A stretch of DNA of 32,000 nt from positions 65,178 to 97,177 of the forward strand of contig CAZEDT010000004.1 in the NCBI GenBank assembly GCA_964510795.1, read 5' to 3'. Positions 15,533-23,950 of this stretch are shown piece by piece. A model generated the notes under the pieces. The model did no database searches, was not told the DNA's origin, and saw nothing but the letters and a program-made list of their open reading frames with translations. This DNA is from an uncultured Syntrophomonas sp. GTDB taxonomy: Bacteria > Bacillota > Syntrophomonadia > Syntrophomonadales > Syntrophomonadaceae. The first letter of the stretch is position 1. Each line of letters opens with the position of its first letter. Both the position numbers and the translations under genes were made by a program.

Positions 15533-16927
15533 ATGAAAACCAACTGGAAAGACATGCGGGAGTTTATCGATTTTCTTGATACCAAGGGTCAGATCCGCCA
15601 CGTTACAGAAGAAATTGATCCCGATTGGGAAGTTAACTACATTACCAGAACTACCTTACAAAAACTGGGTCCATGCGTGATATTCGACAATATTAAGGGT
15701 GCCAAATACCCACTGGTTACCGGTTTATTAGCTGAAGACAAGCGGTTTCTGTGGGCACTGGGCCTGGATAATTGGAGCGATTTCAATGAATCATGGGCCG
15801 AGAGAACTCAGAACCTGATACCTCCCAAAATTGTTACCGAAGCACCGTGTCAAGAAGAGGAAATCCTGGAAGCTGATATTGACTTAAATGAAATATGCAA
15901 CGTCAAATGGCATCAGAAGGATAAGAGTGCTTTCCCGGGAACGCTGCTTATCTCAGTTACCAAAGACCCGCATACTGGCGTGCAGAACTCCGGTATCTAT
16001 AGGATGGGGATACAGGAAAAAAACAAGCTGGGTTGGGGAGCACCCCTATCTACCCATGGTCGTATGCACCTTACTGCCTGGGAGAAAACCGGCCAGCCCA
16101 TGCCGATTGCTTTGGTTTGCGGAGTTGATCCTATCATTGAAATGATGGGAGGAGTAGGAACATCACCCGGTATTGACGAGTACTATCTGGCTGGTGGATT
16201 GCGCGGGGAAGCAGTAGAAATGGTCAAATGCAAGACCATTGATATGTTAGTGCCAGCCACGGCTGAATGGGTAATGGAGGGCTATATTTATCCGAATTCC
16301 CTGGAACTGGAGAAGACTGAATGGTTCGGAGAATATACTGGACATTATGGCGAGGCAGCCGTATTGCCGATGGTTGTGATTAAACATATTACCCACCGCA
16401 AAAACCCTATTTTCCACGGAACCCGTGAGCAATGGTATCCTTCAGAAAGCCACTATGTAGTAGGCAGAACCCATCAGGCTGAGACGTACAAGATTGTTAA
16501 AAAGCTGGTTCCGGGAATCCTGGACATGAGGTGTAACCCCGCTTATGAATGTATCGTCAAGATTGACAAGCTATATAAGGGTCATCCTCAACGGGTCATG
16601 AATGCCGTCTGGGGATCAAGTCGTGGACCATACAAACATGTAATTGTAGTTGACAAAGATATCGATATTTGGAACTACGAGATGGTTCATTGGGCCATGT
16701 CTACCCGAGTGAAGGCAGACCGTGATGTCACCATTCTCCCCAGAATACCTGGACAGTGGCTTGATCCCTCCAGTGCCTTCAAAGAAAGACAGTATCAGGC
16801 CGGGCTGGGTATTGACGCTACCATGCCGAATGAAGAATATGATCGCTGCGGCGATAAAGTCCCCAGTCTGGTAGACGACCCAGAGATTATGGCCAAAGGA
16901 AAGGCTAAATGGGGCGATACCTTCTAA
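15533..16927 (+). CDS. UbiD-family (prFMN-dependent) reversible decarboxylase, substrate unknown
   Basis: 464 aa from the ATG at 15533. AAGGAGG at 15517-15523 rules out the track TTG at 15524, which has zero spacing. UbiD hallmarks: MREFIDFLD..GQ, NSGIYRM, P.A...G.DP, IDEY.LAGGLRG, FGEYTGHYG, HR.NPIF, HVIVVD.DID and W.MSTR..ADRD. Confidence 0.88.
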   Translation: MKTNWKDMREFIDFLDTKGQIRHVTEEIDPDWEVNYITRTTLQKLGPCVIFDNIKGAKYPLVTGLLAEDKRFLWALGLDNWSDFNESWAERTQNLIPPKIVTEAPCQEEEILEADIDLNEICNVKWHQKDKSAFPGTLLISVTKDPHTGVQNSGIYRMGIQEKNKLGWGAPLSTHGRMHLTAWEKTGQPMPIALVCGVDPIIEMMGGVGTSPGIDEYYLAGGLRGEAVEMVKCKTIDMLVPATAEWVMEGYIYPNSLELEKTEWFGEYTGHYGEAAVLPMVVIKHITHRKNPIFHGTREQWYPSESHYVVGRTHQAETYKIVKKLVPGILDMRCNPAYECIVKIDKLYKGHPQRVMNAVWGSSRGPYKHVIVVDKDIDIWNYEMVHWAMSTRVKADRDVTILPRIPGQWLDPSSAFKERQYQAGLGIDATMPNEEYDRCGDKVPSLVDDPEIMAKGKAKWGDTF

Positions 16928-17054
16928 GCACCGGGGTGATCAGGTAAAAAGCAGATCCCCGGTTGGCTGGGATGGATTACTGACAAACTGGATTCCCCGC
17001 TTTCCCCTGGCGGATAAGCGGGGAATCCTCTATCCATAAAGGAGGATTGACCAA

Positions 17055-18299
17055 ATGAAACTTAAAGGCAAGGTACAGGCTCTTATCGGTGCCTCAGTGC
17101 TCTCCTGGTTGTATGGCAGTCTAATCTTCGGGCTGCTGGGGAGACTGGCGCCCATCTGGATGGAAAGGTTTCAGGTAGGGAAGGGTGCCATCGGTTTGTT
17201 AATGACCATCGCCCTTCTAGCTATGGGAGTAACCATGTATTATGCTGGAAAATTGGCTGATGAGAAGGGTACCAAGCTATCACTTACAATCGGTGTTTTG
17301 TTGACCGCCGCGGCTCTGCTGGGTATGGCTTATGTGCAAAACCTTTATACGCTTTACGCTTGCGGGATTATCCTGGGGGTCAGCGGGAGTCTGGAGTTTG
17401 GTACTGGTTTAGCCTGTGTTCAACGCTGGTGGCCGGAGAAAAGCGGCCTGGTATCAGGAATATTCAACCTCTGCTTTGGTGCGTCGGCTGCAGTAATGGT
17501 ACCCATTTATCATTACCTGTTGCAAAGTCAGGGATATTATCATGCTCTTATTTCGATAACTTTGCTCGTTGTGGTGATCGGATTAATTTTCGCTCAGCTT
17601 ACTGCCTCTCCAGATGAGACAACCGCTGGAGCGAAACCCGGTCAGATCATGCCATCATCCCCGGACGGAGAAGAACCATCATTTTTTACCGTTAAGGAAG
17701 CCTTGCAGACGTCAACATTTTGGTTGATATGGGCCATTTGGGCACTATCAGGTACGGCCGGAATTGGACTGGTGATGCTGGCCCTGCCTCTCTCACAGGA
17801 TATTGGTCTTACCTTGGCTCAAGGCAGCCTCTTGCTGGTTACCTTCAATGCTGTAAATGGCTTGATTCGGATGGTTGTAGGCCCGCTGGCAGATAAAATT
17901 GGTGGCAAGGCCATTATGGCACCGATTTTCACAGTTGGAGCTATCGCCTGTTTCCTGCTTACCCGGGCAGAAAGCTTCGGTGCTGCCGCTATCTATCTGG
18001 CCCTTATCGGAGGCACGCTGGGAACAGTATTTACCGTTACCCCGGTATTGGTCAGGCAGTATTTTGGTTTAAAAAATTTTGGCGCTATATTTGGTTTAAT
18101 ATTTACTTCCTACTGTTTCTTCTCGGCCCTGGCCGGTCCATTTTTAGGAGGCGTAGTAAGGGATCTCACTGGTAACTTTACCGCTACCGCCATATATTTT
18201 GGCGTTTTTCTAGCCATCTCAGTCGCTCTGGTAGTTAAGTTGACTCCACCCCAACAGCCGGTAACTGTTAACTCAGACAGCCTTGATTCCTCCATCTAA
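17055..18299 (+). CDS. MFS transporter, oxalate/formate-antiporter (OFA)-like subfamily
   Basis: 414 aa, about 12 predicted TM segments. G.LAD..G motif after TM2 and an OFA-like CVQRWWPEKSGLVSGI segment. AAAGGAGG RBS. Confidence 0.75.
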   Translation: MKLKGKVQALIGASVLSWLYGSLIFGLLGRLAPIWMERFQVGKGAIGLLMTIALLAMGVTMYYAGKLADEKGTKLSLTIGVLLTAAALLGMAYVQNLYTLYACGIILGVSGSLEFGTGLACVQRWWPEKSGLVSGIFNLCFGASAAVMVPIYHYLLQSQGYYHALISITLLVVVIGLIFAQLTASPDETTAGAKPGQIMPSSPDGEEPSFFTVKEALQTSTFWLIWAIWALSGTAGIGLVMLALPLSQDIGLTLAQGSLLLVTFNAVNGLIRMVVGPLADKIGGKAIMAPIFTVGAIACFLLTRAESFGAAAIYLALIGGTLGTVFTVTPVLVRQYFGLKNFGAIFGLIFTSYCFFSALAGPFLGGVVRDLTGNFTATAIYFGVFLAISVALVVKLTPPQQPVTVNSDSLDSSI

Positions 18300-18469
18300 T
18301 TAAACCTGCCAGGCAGGCAGATAGTAAGCATTCGTGGATTCAGGATAAATGAATTCCTATATTGACTCCCATTTTCGCAAACAGTCCAGGCTGAACTAGA
18401 GTTAGCAAGCAACCAATGTTTTTAAACCAGACCAACCAAGCAGATATTATTGAAGAGGGGGTTGAAGTT

Positions 18470-19045
18470 GTGAAAAAACGCATAGTAATTGCAATAACAG
18501 GTGCAACCGGGGTAATTTACGGGATTGAGGCTCTCCGTTTGCTGGCAGCCAACGATAATGTTGAAACCCATTTGATTGTCACCGAATCGGGCAAACAAAA
18601 TATCGAAATAGAAACCGACTACGCTGTCAATGATGTCCTGGGCTTCGCAGATTATGTATATGACGATAAAGATGTAAGCGCTTCTCTGGCCAGTGGTTCT
18701 TTCCTTACCGATGGTATGGTGGTGATTCCCTGTACGATAAAGACCCTCTCTGGAATTGCTAATTCATACACTACCAATCTTACCGTACGGGCAGCGGATG
18801 TTACTCTGAAAGAGAAGCGCAAACTCGTTCTCGTGGTCAGGGAAACCCCCTTGCACAAAGGTCATCTTCGGTTGATGAACATAGCTGCCGACGCTGGTGC
18901 CCACATTCTTCCGCCGATTCCGGCTTTCTATCATCGTCCCCAAACCATAGAAGATATAGTTCACCAGACGATCGGTAAGATATTCGACTATCTTGGGGTT
19001 GAGAATAACCTTTATGAACGCTGGGAAAGCCCTGCCAAAGAATAA
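18470..19045 (+). CDS. ubiX: UbiX-type flavin prenyltransferase
   Basis: KRIVIAITGATGVIYG, VVIPCTIKTLSGIANSYTTNL..RAADV.LKE.R.LVLV.RETPL. GTG at 18470, 8-9 nt after GAGGGGG, gives the usual ~190 aa; the track start at 18416 looks like an extension. Confidence 0.9.
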   Translation: MKKRIVIAITGATGVIYGIEALRLLAANDNVETHLIVTESGKQNIEIETDYAVNDVLGFADYVYDDKDVSASLASGSFLTDGMVVIPCTIKTLSGIANSYTTNLTVRAADVTLKEKRKLVLVVRETPLHKGHLRLMNIAADAGAHILPPIPAFYHRPQTIEDIVHQTIGKIFDYLGVENNLYERWESPAKE

Positions 19046-19218
19046 CACAGGTCAGACGATGACCTGTACCAGGTTTTTTCCTGGTTCTTTAGGATAGCTG
19101 TTGGCACCCGAGAAACTAACCTGTCAAGATATCCAGGATTTGATGGAAGTTTTTTTAATTGCCAGCTCGCTGGTGGGGGGCAGAGGAAAAACCGTTTTCC
19201 GGGAAAGGGGGAAATAGG

Positions 19219-19635
19219 GTGTCGGTTAAACAAACCCAAGCCAGCCTGGTCGAAGTAATAGCTGGAGAGGAAACCCAGCGTATTGTGTGTACGGCTATCC
19301 TGGTCGGCCACGACTTGAATGTTATCATCCAAGGTGGAGACCGATCCCATATCGGAGCGGCAGCCATGGCCGTTCCCCGACCAAGTCTCAAGAATCCTGA
19401 AAAGATGAGTGCTACCGCATCGGTGCTTACCGTAACAGGTCACAAAGAAGATGAGCTTGCTCGGCTGGTTGCCTTGCACCTGGCTGCCCATTTAGGATGC
19501 GTTACAGCAGTAGTCGCGGGTATACATGTTGATGGCGCAAGTGAAAAGGATATAGCGGACATAGTTGCGAATGTAAAAATAGCCTGTCATGATCTCGTGC
19601 AGTCCATCATGAAAAATCGATCCCTCTCAGAATAA
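19219..19635 (+). CDS. LpdD-like small subunit / prFMN-decarboxylase accessory protein
   Basis: Pattern G.DLNVIIQGGDRSHIGAAAMAVPRPSL....SAT.SVLTV.GHKEDELA......L......VVAGIHVD......I matches my memory of L. plantarum LpdD-family proteins. The GTG start at 19219 follows AAGGGGGA. Position after ubiX fits. Confidence 0.6.
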   Translation: MSVKQTQASLVEVIAGEETQRIVCTAILVGHDLNVIIQGGDRSHIGAAAMAVPRPSLKNPEKMSATASVLTVTGHKEDELARLVALHLAAHLGCVTAVVAGIHVDGASEKDIADIVANVKIACHDLVQSIMKNRSLSE

Positions 19636-19663
19636 GGTTGGATAAACTATCCCGGGTTAGCTG

Positions 19664-19696
19664 GCATCGGCAGGAATTGCAGCTCCCTGCCGATGC
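19664..19696 (+). terminator. Hairpin after the LpdD-like gene
   Basis: gcatcggcagg pairs with cctgccgatgc (11 bp). No T-tract, so terminator function is uncertain. Confidence 0.35.
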
Positions 19697-19840
19697 GACC
19701 AAACCCCATTGTACACCATGGTATGCGCATAGCCTCCTCAAACCATTTTTTCACCTGCCCCTTGGAGCTTCTGAGACAATACCTAAAGGTAAGCATATCC
19801 ACAAATTGTGAAACGCGTATGAATGGAGGTATGATCTATT

Positions 19841-20371
19841 ATGCAGGAACCCAGGGTAATCCTCGTTGATGAAAATGATAAGGAAATTGGTACTGCGGGT
19901 AAACTTGATGCACATAAAAATCCGAGATTGCATCGGGCTTTTTCAATCTTTATTTTTAATTCACGGGGAGAACTATTAATACAACAACGTGCCAGTACTA
20001 AATATCATTGCCCGGATTTGTGGTCCAACACCTGCTGCAGTCATCCTCAGCCCAATCAAACCCTTCAACAGGCGACTCACCTGCGCCTGCGGGAGGAAAT
20101 GGGCTTTGATACCGATCTGAAGGAAATTGGTGCCTGCATATACGAAGCCCATTTCGATAATGGTTTGACCGAATCCGAATATGACCATATCTTTATAGGT
20201 AAATGGAATGGGAATCCGCAGGTCAATCCCCAAGAAGTTGCCGACTATATGTGGATATCATTAAAACAATTAGTAAACCAGATGAATCATAATCCAGCTA
20301 AATTTACAATTTGGCTGCAAATTGTTATGAAAAAATATCTAACCAGCTTTGATGCTGTACTTAAGCTTTAG
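19841..20371 (+). CDS. idi: Isopentenyl-diphosphate delta-isomerase, type 1 (Nudix-fold)
   Basis: 176 aa. By alignment from memory to E. coli Idi: LHRAFS, LLIQQRA..K...P..WSNTCCSHP, TESEYDHIF (metal and catalytic Cys/His/Glu positions conserved). Confidence 0.88.
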   Translation: MQEPRVILVDENDKEIGTAGKLDAHKNPRLHRAFSIFIFNSRGELLIQQRASTKYHCPDLWSNTCCSHPQPNQTLQQATHLRLREEMGFDTDLKEIGACIYEAHFDNGLTESEYDHIFIGKWNGNPQVNPQEVADYMWISLKQLVNQMNHNPAKFTIWLQIVMKKYLTSFDAVLKL

Positions 20372-20490
20372 GGGAGCAGTTGCAAACTGGAACAGCTCGT
20401 TCAGAAGTAAACCTCTGCCCCCTAAAAGAAAAAGCAGAAAAATTACTCCCTGCTTTCATGTTTCTAAACCAATTTATAAAATGTTGTATA

Positions 20491-20946
20491 CTAGACATCT
20501 AAAATATTTAAAGCCGGTGGTATACAGGCCACCATCTTATCATACACCATCTGTAATGGTCTATGTTTCCAGTCAATAGTTGTTATGCCATCATTGTTGT
20601 AATTTACAATCACCACAGTTTTATTGTTGGTTAATTTTCTAGCCATTACTGTAACACACTTATAATAATCCTCTAATTCTGCATAGCTATGTGCAGGGTA
20701 GAAATAATAAACGTCATTTCCTTGTTTCTCATATTTAGCCTTTCCAAATATAGATTTTAGTAATGCTTCAATTTCTTTTTTGGTATCATCCAGGTTCTTT
20801 TCCACTGTATATTTCTTCAATTCGTTACCTCCTACTACATTCTGCTCATCTACAGCTTGCTTCAGCTTGGCTAAATTCATAAGTACTTTATAATCTTCAC
20901 TATGCTCAAAGGCGTAATTGCCTAATATATTGTCTATTAATTCCAT
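20491..20946 (-). CDS. Hypothetical protein (151 aa), island cargo
   Basis: Single clean ORF in an AT-rich region. Extended -10 (TGATATAAT) on the minus strand near 21015-21030. No recognisable motif. Confidence 0.5.
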   Translation of the reverse strand: MELIDNILGNYAFEHSEDYKVLMNLAKLKQAVDEQNVVGGNELKKYTVEKNLDDTKKEIEALLKSIFGKAKYEKQGNDVYYFYPAHSYAELEDYYKCVTVMARKLTNNKTVVIVNYNNDGITTIDWKHRPLQMVYDKMVACIPPALNILDV

Positions 20947-21096
20947 TGGCTGAATCCACTACTTCTCTAATTTGTTTAATCACTTTAATAAATGCGTCTC
21001 CATGGTGGTTTATTAATGTTATGCCTCTAAATTGATTATATCAAGTATTATGCAACAATTTTTATTGGTTTATAGGAGAACTTCGAATGTCACTTT

Positions 21097-21161
21097 CTGC
21101 CCTGAAAAAAGATTTTTCATTCATCAGTGGTGGCGCTGCGCGCCATGGGGGTCTGATACGG
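21097..21161 (+). repeat. Second copy of the ligase 3'-end/flank fragment
   Basis: ctgccctgaaaaaagatttttcattcatcagtggtggcgctgcgcgccatgggggtctgatacgg differs from 6701-6765 at 6 of 65 positions (manual alignment). Confidence 0.85.
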
Positions 21162-21203
21162 GAAAAAAATACATAACCAGCTTTGCTGCTGTACTTAATT
21201 AGG
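21162..21203 (+). repeat. Displaced copy of the idi 3' end
   Basis: gaaaaaaatacataaccagctttgctgctgtacttaattagg parallels 20329-20372, gaaaaaatatctaaccagctttgatgctgtacttaagctttagg (the last codons and stop of idi). Confidence 0.8.
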
Positions 21204-21291
21204 TTGGGAAAGTGCTGCAAGGAGGCGGGTGACATGTTTGCGGTCAGTAGTTGGCTAGTGAACAATAGCTATCGCTTAATTAAATTTCCAC

Positions 21292-21316
21292 CTACAAAAT
21301 CTACAAAATCTACAAG
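21292..21316 (+). repeat. Short tandem repeat ctacaaaat x2.7, adjacent to a 9-bp-stem hairpin (21315-21361)
   Basis: ctacaaaat ctacaaaat ctacaag. Then agtgtcctt ... aaggacact. Confidence 0.7.
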
Positions 21317-21412
21317 TGTCCTTAAGTTCTAATAACAACATTAATAGAAATCAAGGACACTTGGCAACGTTGGTATGGAAAGCTAACTTTCATCGGTTTG
21401 CTTATTGCCTTC

Positions 21413-21793
21413 CTATTTGTTTAGAATATAACCCGCTAAAACTGCTTGTACTTCATAAATATCAAGACTTTTGTTAAACTGTTTTTCTATCGGCACTGGA
21501 TTGCCCGAAATCCATATTTTTAGTTCAGCATCTAAATCAAAATGTCCGGCTGTTTCAATGCTGAAGTGTGTGATGCTCTTATAAGGAATAGAGTGATATT
21601 CAATTTTCTTGCCAGTCATCCCCTGCTTATCAACCAAAATTAATCTCCCGTTTGTAAAAACGAAAAGGTCTCTTACCAGCTTATAAACCTTTTCAATTTT
21701 TTCATCACTGGCAAGTATTTTGGAAAAATCTTTCTCAATTGTTTTGATATCAACTTCTGATGCATTTCCCATCAAACCATCTAAAATACCCAT
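21413..21793 (-). CDS. Bacterial PH-domain protein (bPH_1 / YokE-like)
   Basis: 126 aa. GILDGLMGNASEVD....E..F..IL...E.IE..YKL.RDL.VFTN.RLILVDKQG.TGKK.EY.SIPY.SI..F..ET.G.FD.D.EL.IW. This is the pattern of the small cytosolic PH-like family. Confidence 0.7.
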   Translation of the reverse strand: MGILDGLMGNASEVDIKTIEKDFSKILASDEKIEKVYKLVRDLFVFTNGRLILVDKQGMTGKKIEYHSIPYKSITHFSIETAGHFDLDAELKIWISGNPVPIEKQFNKSLDIYEVQAVLAGYILNK

Positions 21794-22054
21794 TTCATTT
21801 CCCCCTTATTATTCCCATTACTTGTATCTCTATTGTACCCCTTAAAATCTATGTATTATAGAGTTTTATTGCCTAATTCCATAATTTTCTATAATAAATT
21901 ACCTGCTGCTTTCCCAGCGGTAATTGTATCAGAATCGAAATCATTCACCACAGGAATACCATCAAGCAGTCCCGTTCCAGGCAAAAATGTTAAATCACTA
22001 GACCAGGAAGCGCTTGGATGTTAAAGGGATTATTCGAGCTTTTAATTGAGAGTA

Positions 22055-22270
22055 CTAAGGTTTCTTAATTACTTTAGCCCAAGTTCTCTTGTGGCAGTTT
22101 GGGCACTCTACATACTTTGTGGTAACCCCTTGAGGGCTTATAAAATCCGTTAGTGTATTAATTGCAAATTTATTACTGCAATTTTTACACATATATTCAG
22201 ACGTTCTTGATTGCCATATTGCTAATAAAAACAGACCAACAACAGCTATAAACATAATGTAATAAGCCAT
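22055..22270 (-). CDS. Small membrane-anchored zinc-ribbon protein
   Basis: 71 aa. N-terminal TM helix (YYIMFIAVVGLFLLAIW), then CKNC...(27 aa)...CPNC. Confidence 0.55.
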   Translation of the reverse strand: MAYYIMFIAVVGLFLLAIWQSRTSEYMCKNCSNKFAINTLTDFISPQGVTTKYVECPNCHKRTWAKVIKKP

Positions 22271-22795
22271 GGTTTAACCTCCTTTAGATTTGCTATGCCT
22301 CTATTCATCATATCCTAATATGCCGCATATGCCTATAATTGATATCAGCATTTGAGGGATTTTAACGTCCCATGGTTGGCTCCCGTAATTAAATATAAAA
22401 TTTAGGCGTATGAAATATATCACAAAAGCTGTGATATCCCCAGCCCGTGGCGCTTTTGCGTAAATTGCTTTCCTTTTACGGCACTGCTAAGTCAGCACTC
22501 GCCCCCTACAATGGCATTTACCCCCACAATTAGCAGCATAAGCTGATATAGAACCACGGGTCCAGGACAAGGGAACTGTTTGAATATTTCAGCAAAACAA
22601 ACTAGAGTATCAAGAATATTCTATCACATATGTAATATTTATAATATTTTGATATGACTTTTGATATTATGGTGTTATAATATACACATAAAGAATGATG
22701 CTGAAGGGAGGAACCGCATGGGTTTAGTCGCAGTCAGCTCCAATGAACAGTCATTTAATCCAGACATTGCCAACTTAATTAAAGGAGGTCTTTGT

Positions 22796-23047
22796 ATGAA
22801 GAACCAAGCGATTCTTAAACTGCATTATCCTGAAAGAGTTAAATGGATCGATCAGCAGCTTAAAAAAGGTATGGGATTAGCAGATATATTTGATCTTGAT
22901 TTGCCGGAAAGTGAAGACGGCATAATGTCCAGCCGGGTTAATGTTGAAGTAATGAATCAATGGAGAGAATTTACAGCTACCAGGATGGAAAAATCAAAAG
23001 ATTTATTTTCGATGGCATTATGTGAATTTATGATTAATCATAGGTAA
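22796..23047 (+). CDS. Hypothetical 83-aa protein with a possible C-terminal ribbon-helix-helix
   Basis: AAAGGAGG RBS 7 nt before the ATG at 22796; the track start at 22661 lacks an RBS. The tail SRVNVEVMNQWREFTATRMEKSKDLFSMALCEFMINH has a strand-helix-helix look. Confidence 0.45.
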   Translation: MKNQAILKLHYPERVKWIDQQLKKGMGLADIFDLDLPESEDGIMSSRVNVEVMNQWREFTATRMEKSKDLFSMALCEFMINHR

Positions 23048-23121
23048 ATAATACAAAAGATACATATTGTGTTGAATAACAGAGAGCACATCTATCAGGC
23101 TAATTGGGCTTCGTTATTAAA

Positions 23122-23173
23122 GCCAATTCATAATTTCCAGAGATAGACGGTGTTTGTTGTCCAGAGACTGACG
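23122..23173 (+). repeat. 52-nt repeat, copy 2 (IS3/IS150-type end-like)
   Basis: gccaattcataatttccagagatagacggtgtttgttgtccagagactgacg differs from 6206-6257 at 8 of 52 positions. Confidence 0.45.
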
Positions 23174-23371
23174 GAGTAGCTGGCCAAGAAACATCGTCTT
23201 TTTATGACCCTCACAGATCCAACTGCCTTCTCAATAATGCACCTGTAAATACAAGTTTTCCAGGAATAGCCCACACTTATTTCGTTTAAAAAAGCCTATT
23301 TTCCACCCCCTCATTCTCAATATGTGGTAATTGGTCCCAAATAACCCTAATTAAATTATGGATGAATCTTA

Positions 23372-23950
23372 TTATTGAGCTTGAACACCTCTTGCTTGTA
23401 ACTTCCCAATAATATACCTAGCCTCAGGCTCATCAATGAATGGAGCTATTTTAATCATTTTCATACCATATTCAAAAGCTATATTACCTTTGCCAAATCC
23501 CCAAAATTCCATGCTACCACTGTGAGAAAACAAACTATTTCTCGGAACTTGTGAAACCATTAGGTTTCTTATCAATGAACAATCATAATTCTTAGTGATT
23601 CCAAGATTAAATGCTTGATTTGAAACCGACATAGTACTTCCATAAAATGTTATTACCTGTTTGCCGACGATTTGCCATAAAAAAGCTACGAGAGCAAATG
23701 CACCTCCAGCAGTCCAACCTAATAGCCATGCAATTAAAAAGAGATCTGGCGTTCCTGCTTTATTAGCCAAAAGTTCACTTGATACCTTTATTTCTCCAAA
23801 AAACCATCCTATTAACCAAATTGGCAAGAAAATAATTGCAAACCAGTTCTTTCGGGTAGGTATTGTAATTTTTATGATAGATCCAAGTTCATCGATTTGG
23901 GATCTACCATTAGGATTAACTACCGACAAATTTATGCACCTCCATAACAT
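23372..23950 (-). CDS. Hypothetical membrane protein (two central TM helices)
   Basis: 192 aa. WFAIIFLPIWLIGWFFG and LFLIAWLLGWTAGGAFALVAFLW, followed by a ~100-aa soluble C-terminal part. Confidence 0.5.
   Translation of the reverse strand: MLWRCINLSVVNPNGRSQIDELGSIIKITIPTRKNWFAIIFLPIWLIGWFFGEIKVSSELLANKAGTPDLFLIAWLLGWTAGGAFALVAFLWQIVGKQVITFYGSTMSVSNQAFNLGITKNYDCSLIRNLMVSQVPRNSLFSHSGSMEFWGFGKGNIAFEYGMKMIKIAPFIDEPEARYIIGKLQARGVQAQ

Noticed and set aside
19012-19491. Minus-strand ORFs 19012..19491 and 19155..19391
   Set aside because: They are antisense to the LpdD-like gene and the ubiX end, and show no motifs. The plus-strand gene has family-like conservation and an RBS.
21062-21265. Minus-strand ORF of 67 aa
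   Set aside because: It is assembled entirely across the duplicated ligase-flank and idi-end fragments, so it is a by-product of the repeats.
22600-22700. Direct repeat TTTTGATAT x2 and TATAAT near 22640-22690 as the promoter/operator of the 83-aa gene
   Set aside because: The spacing between candidate -35 and -10 elements is either 9 or 21 nt, so no convincing promoter geometry. Recorded only as an AT-rich region.
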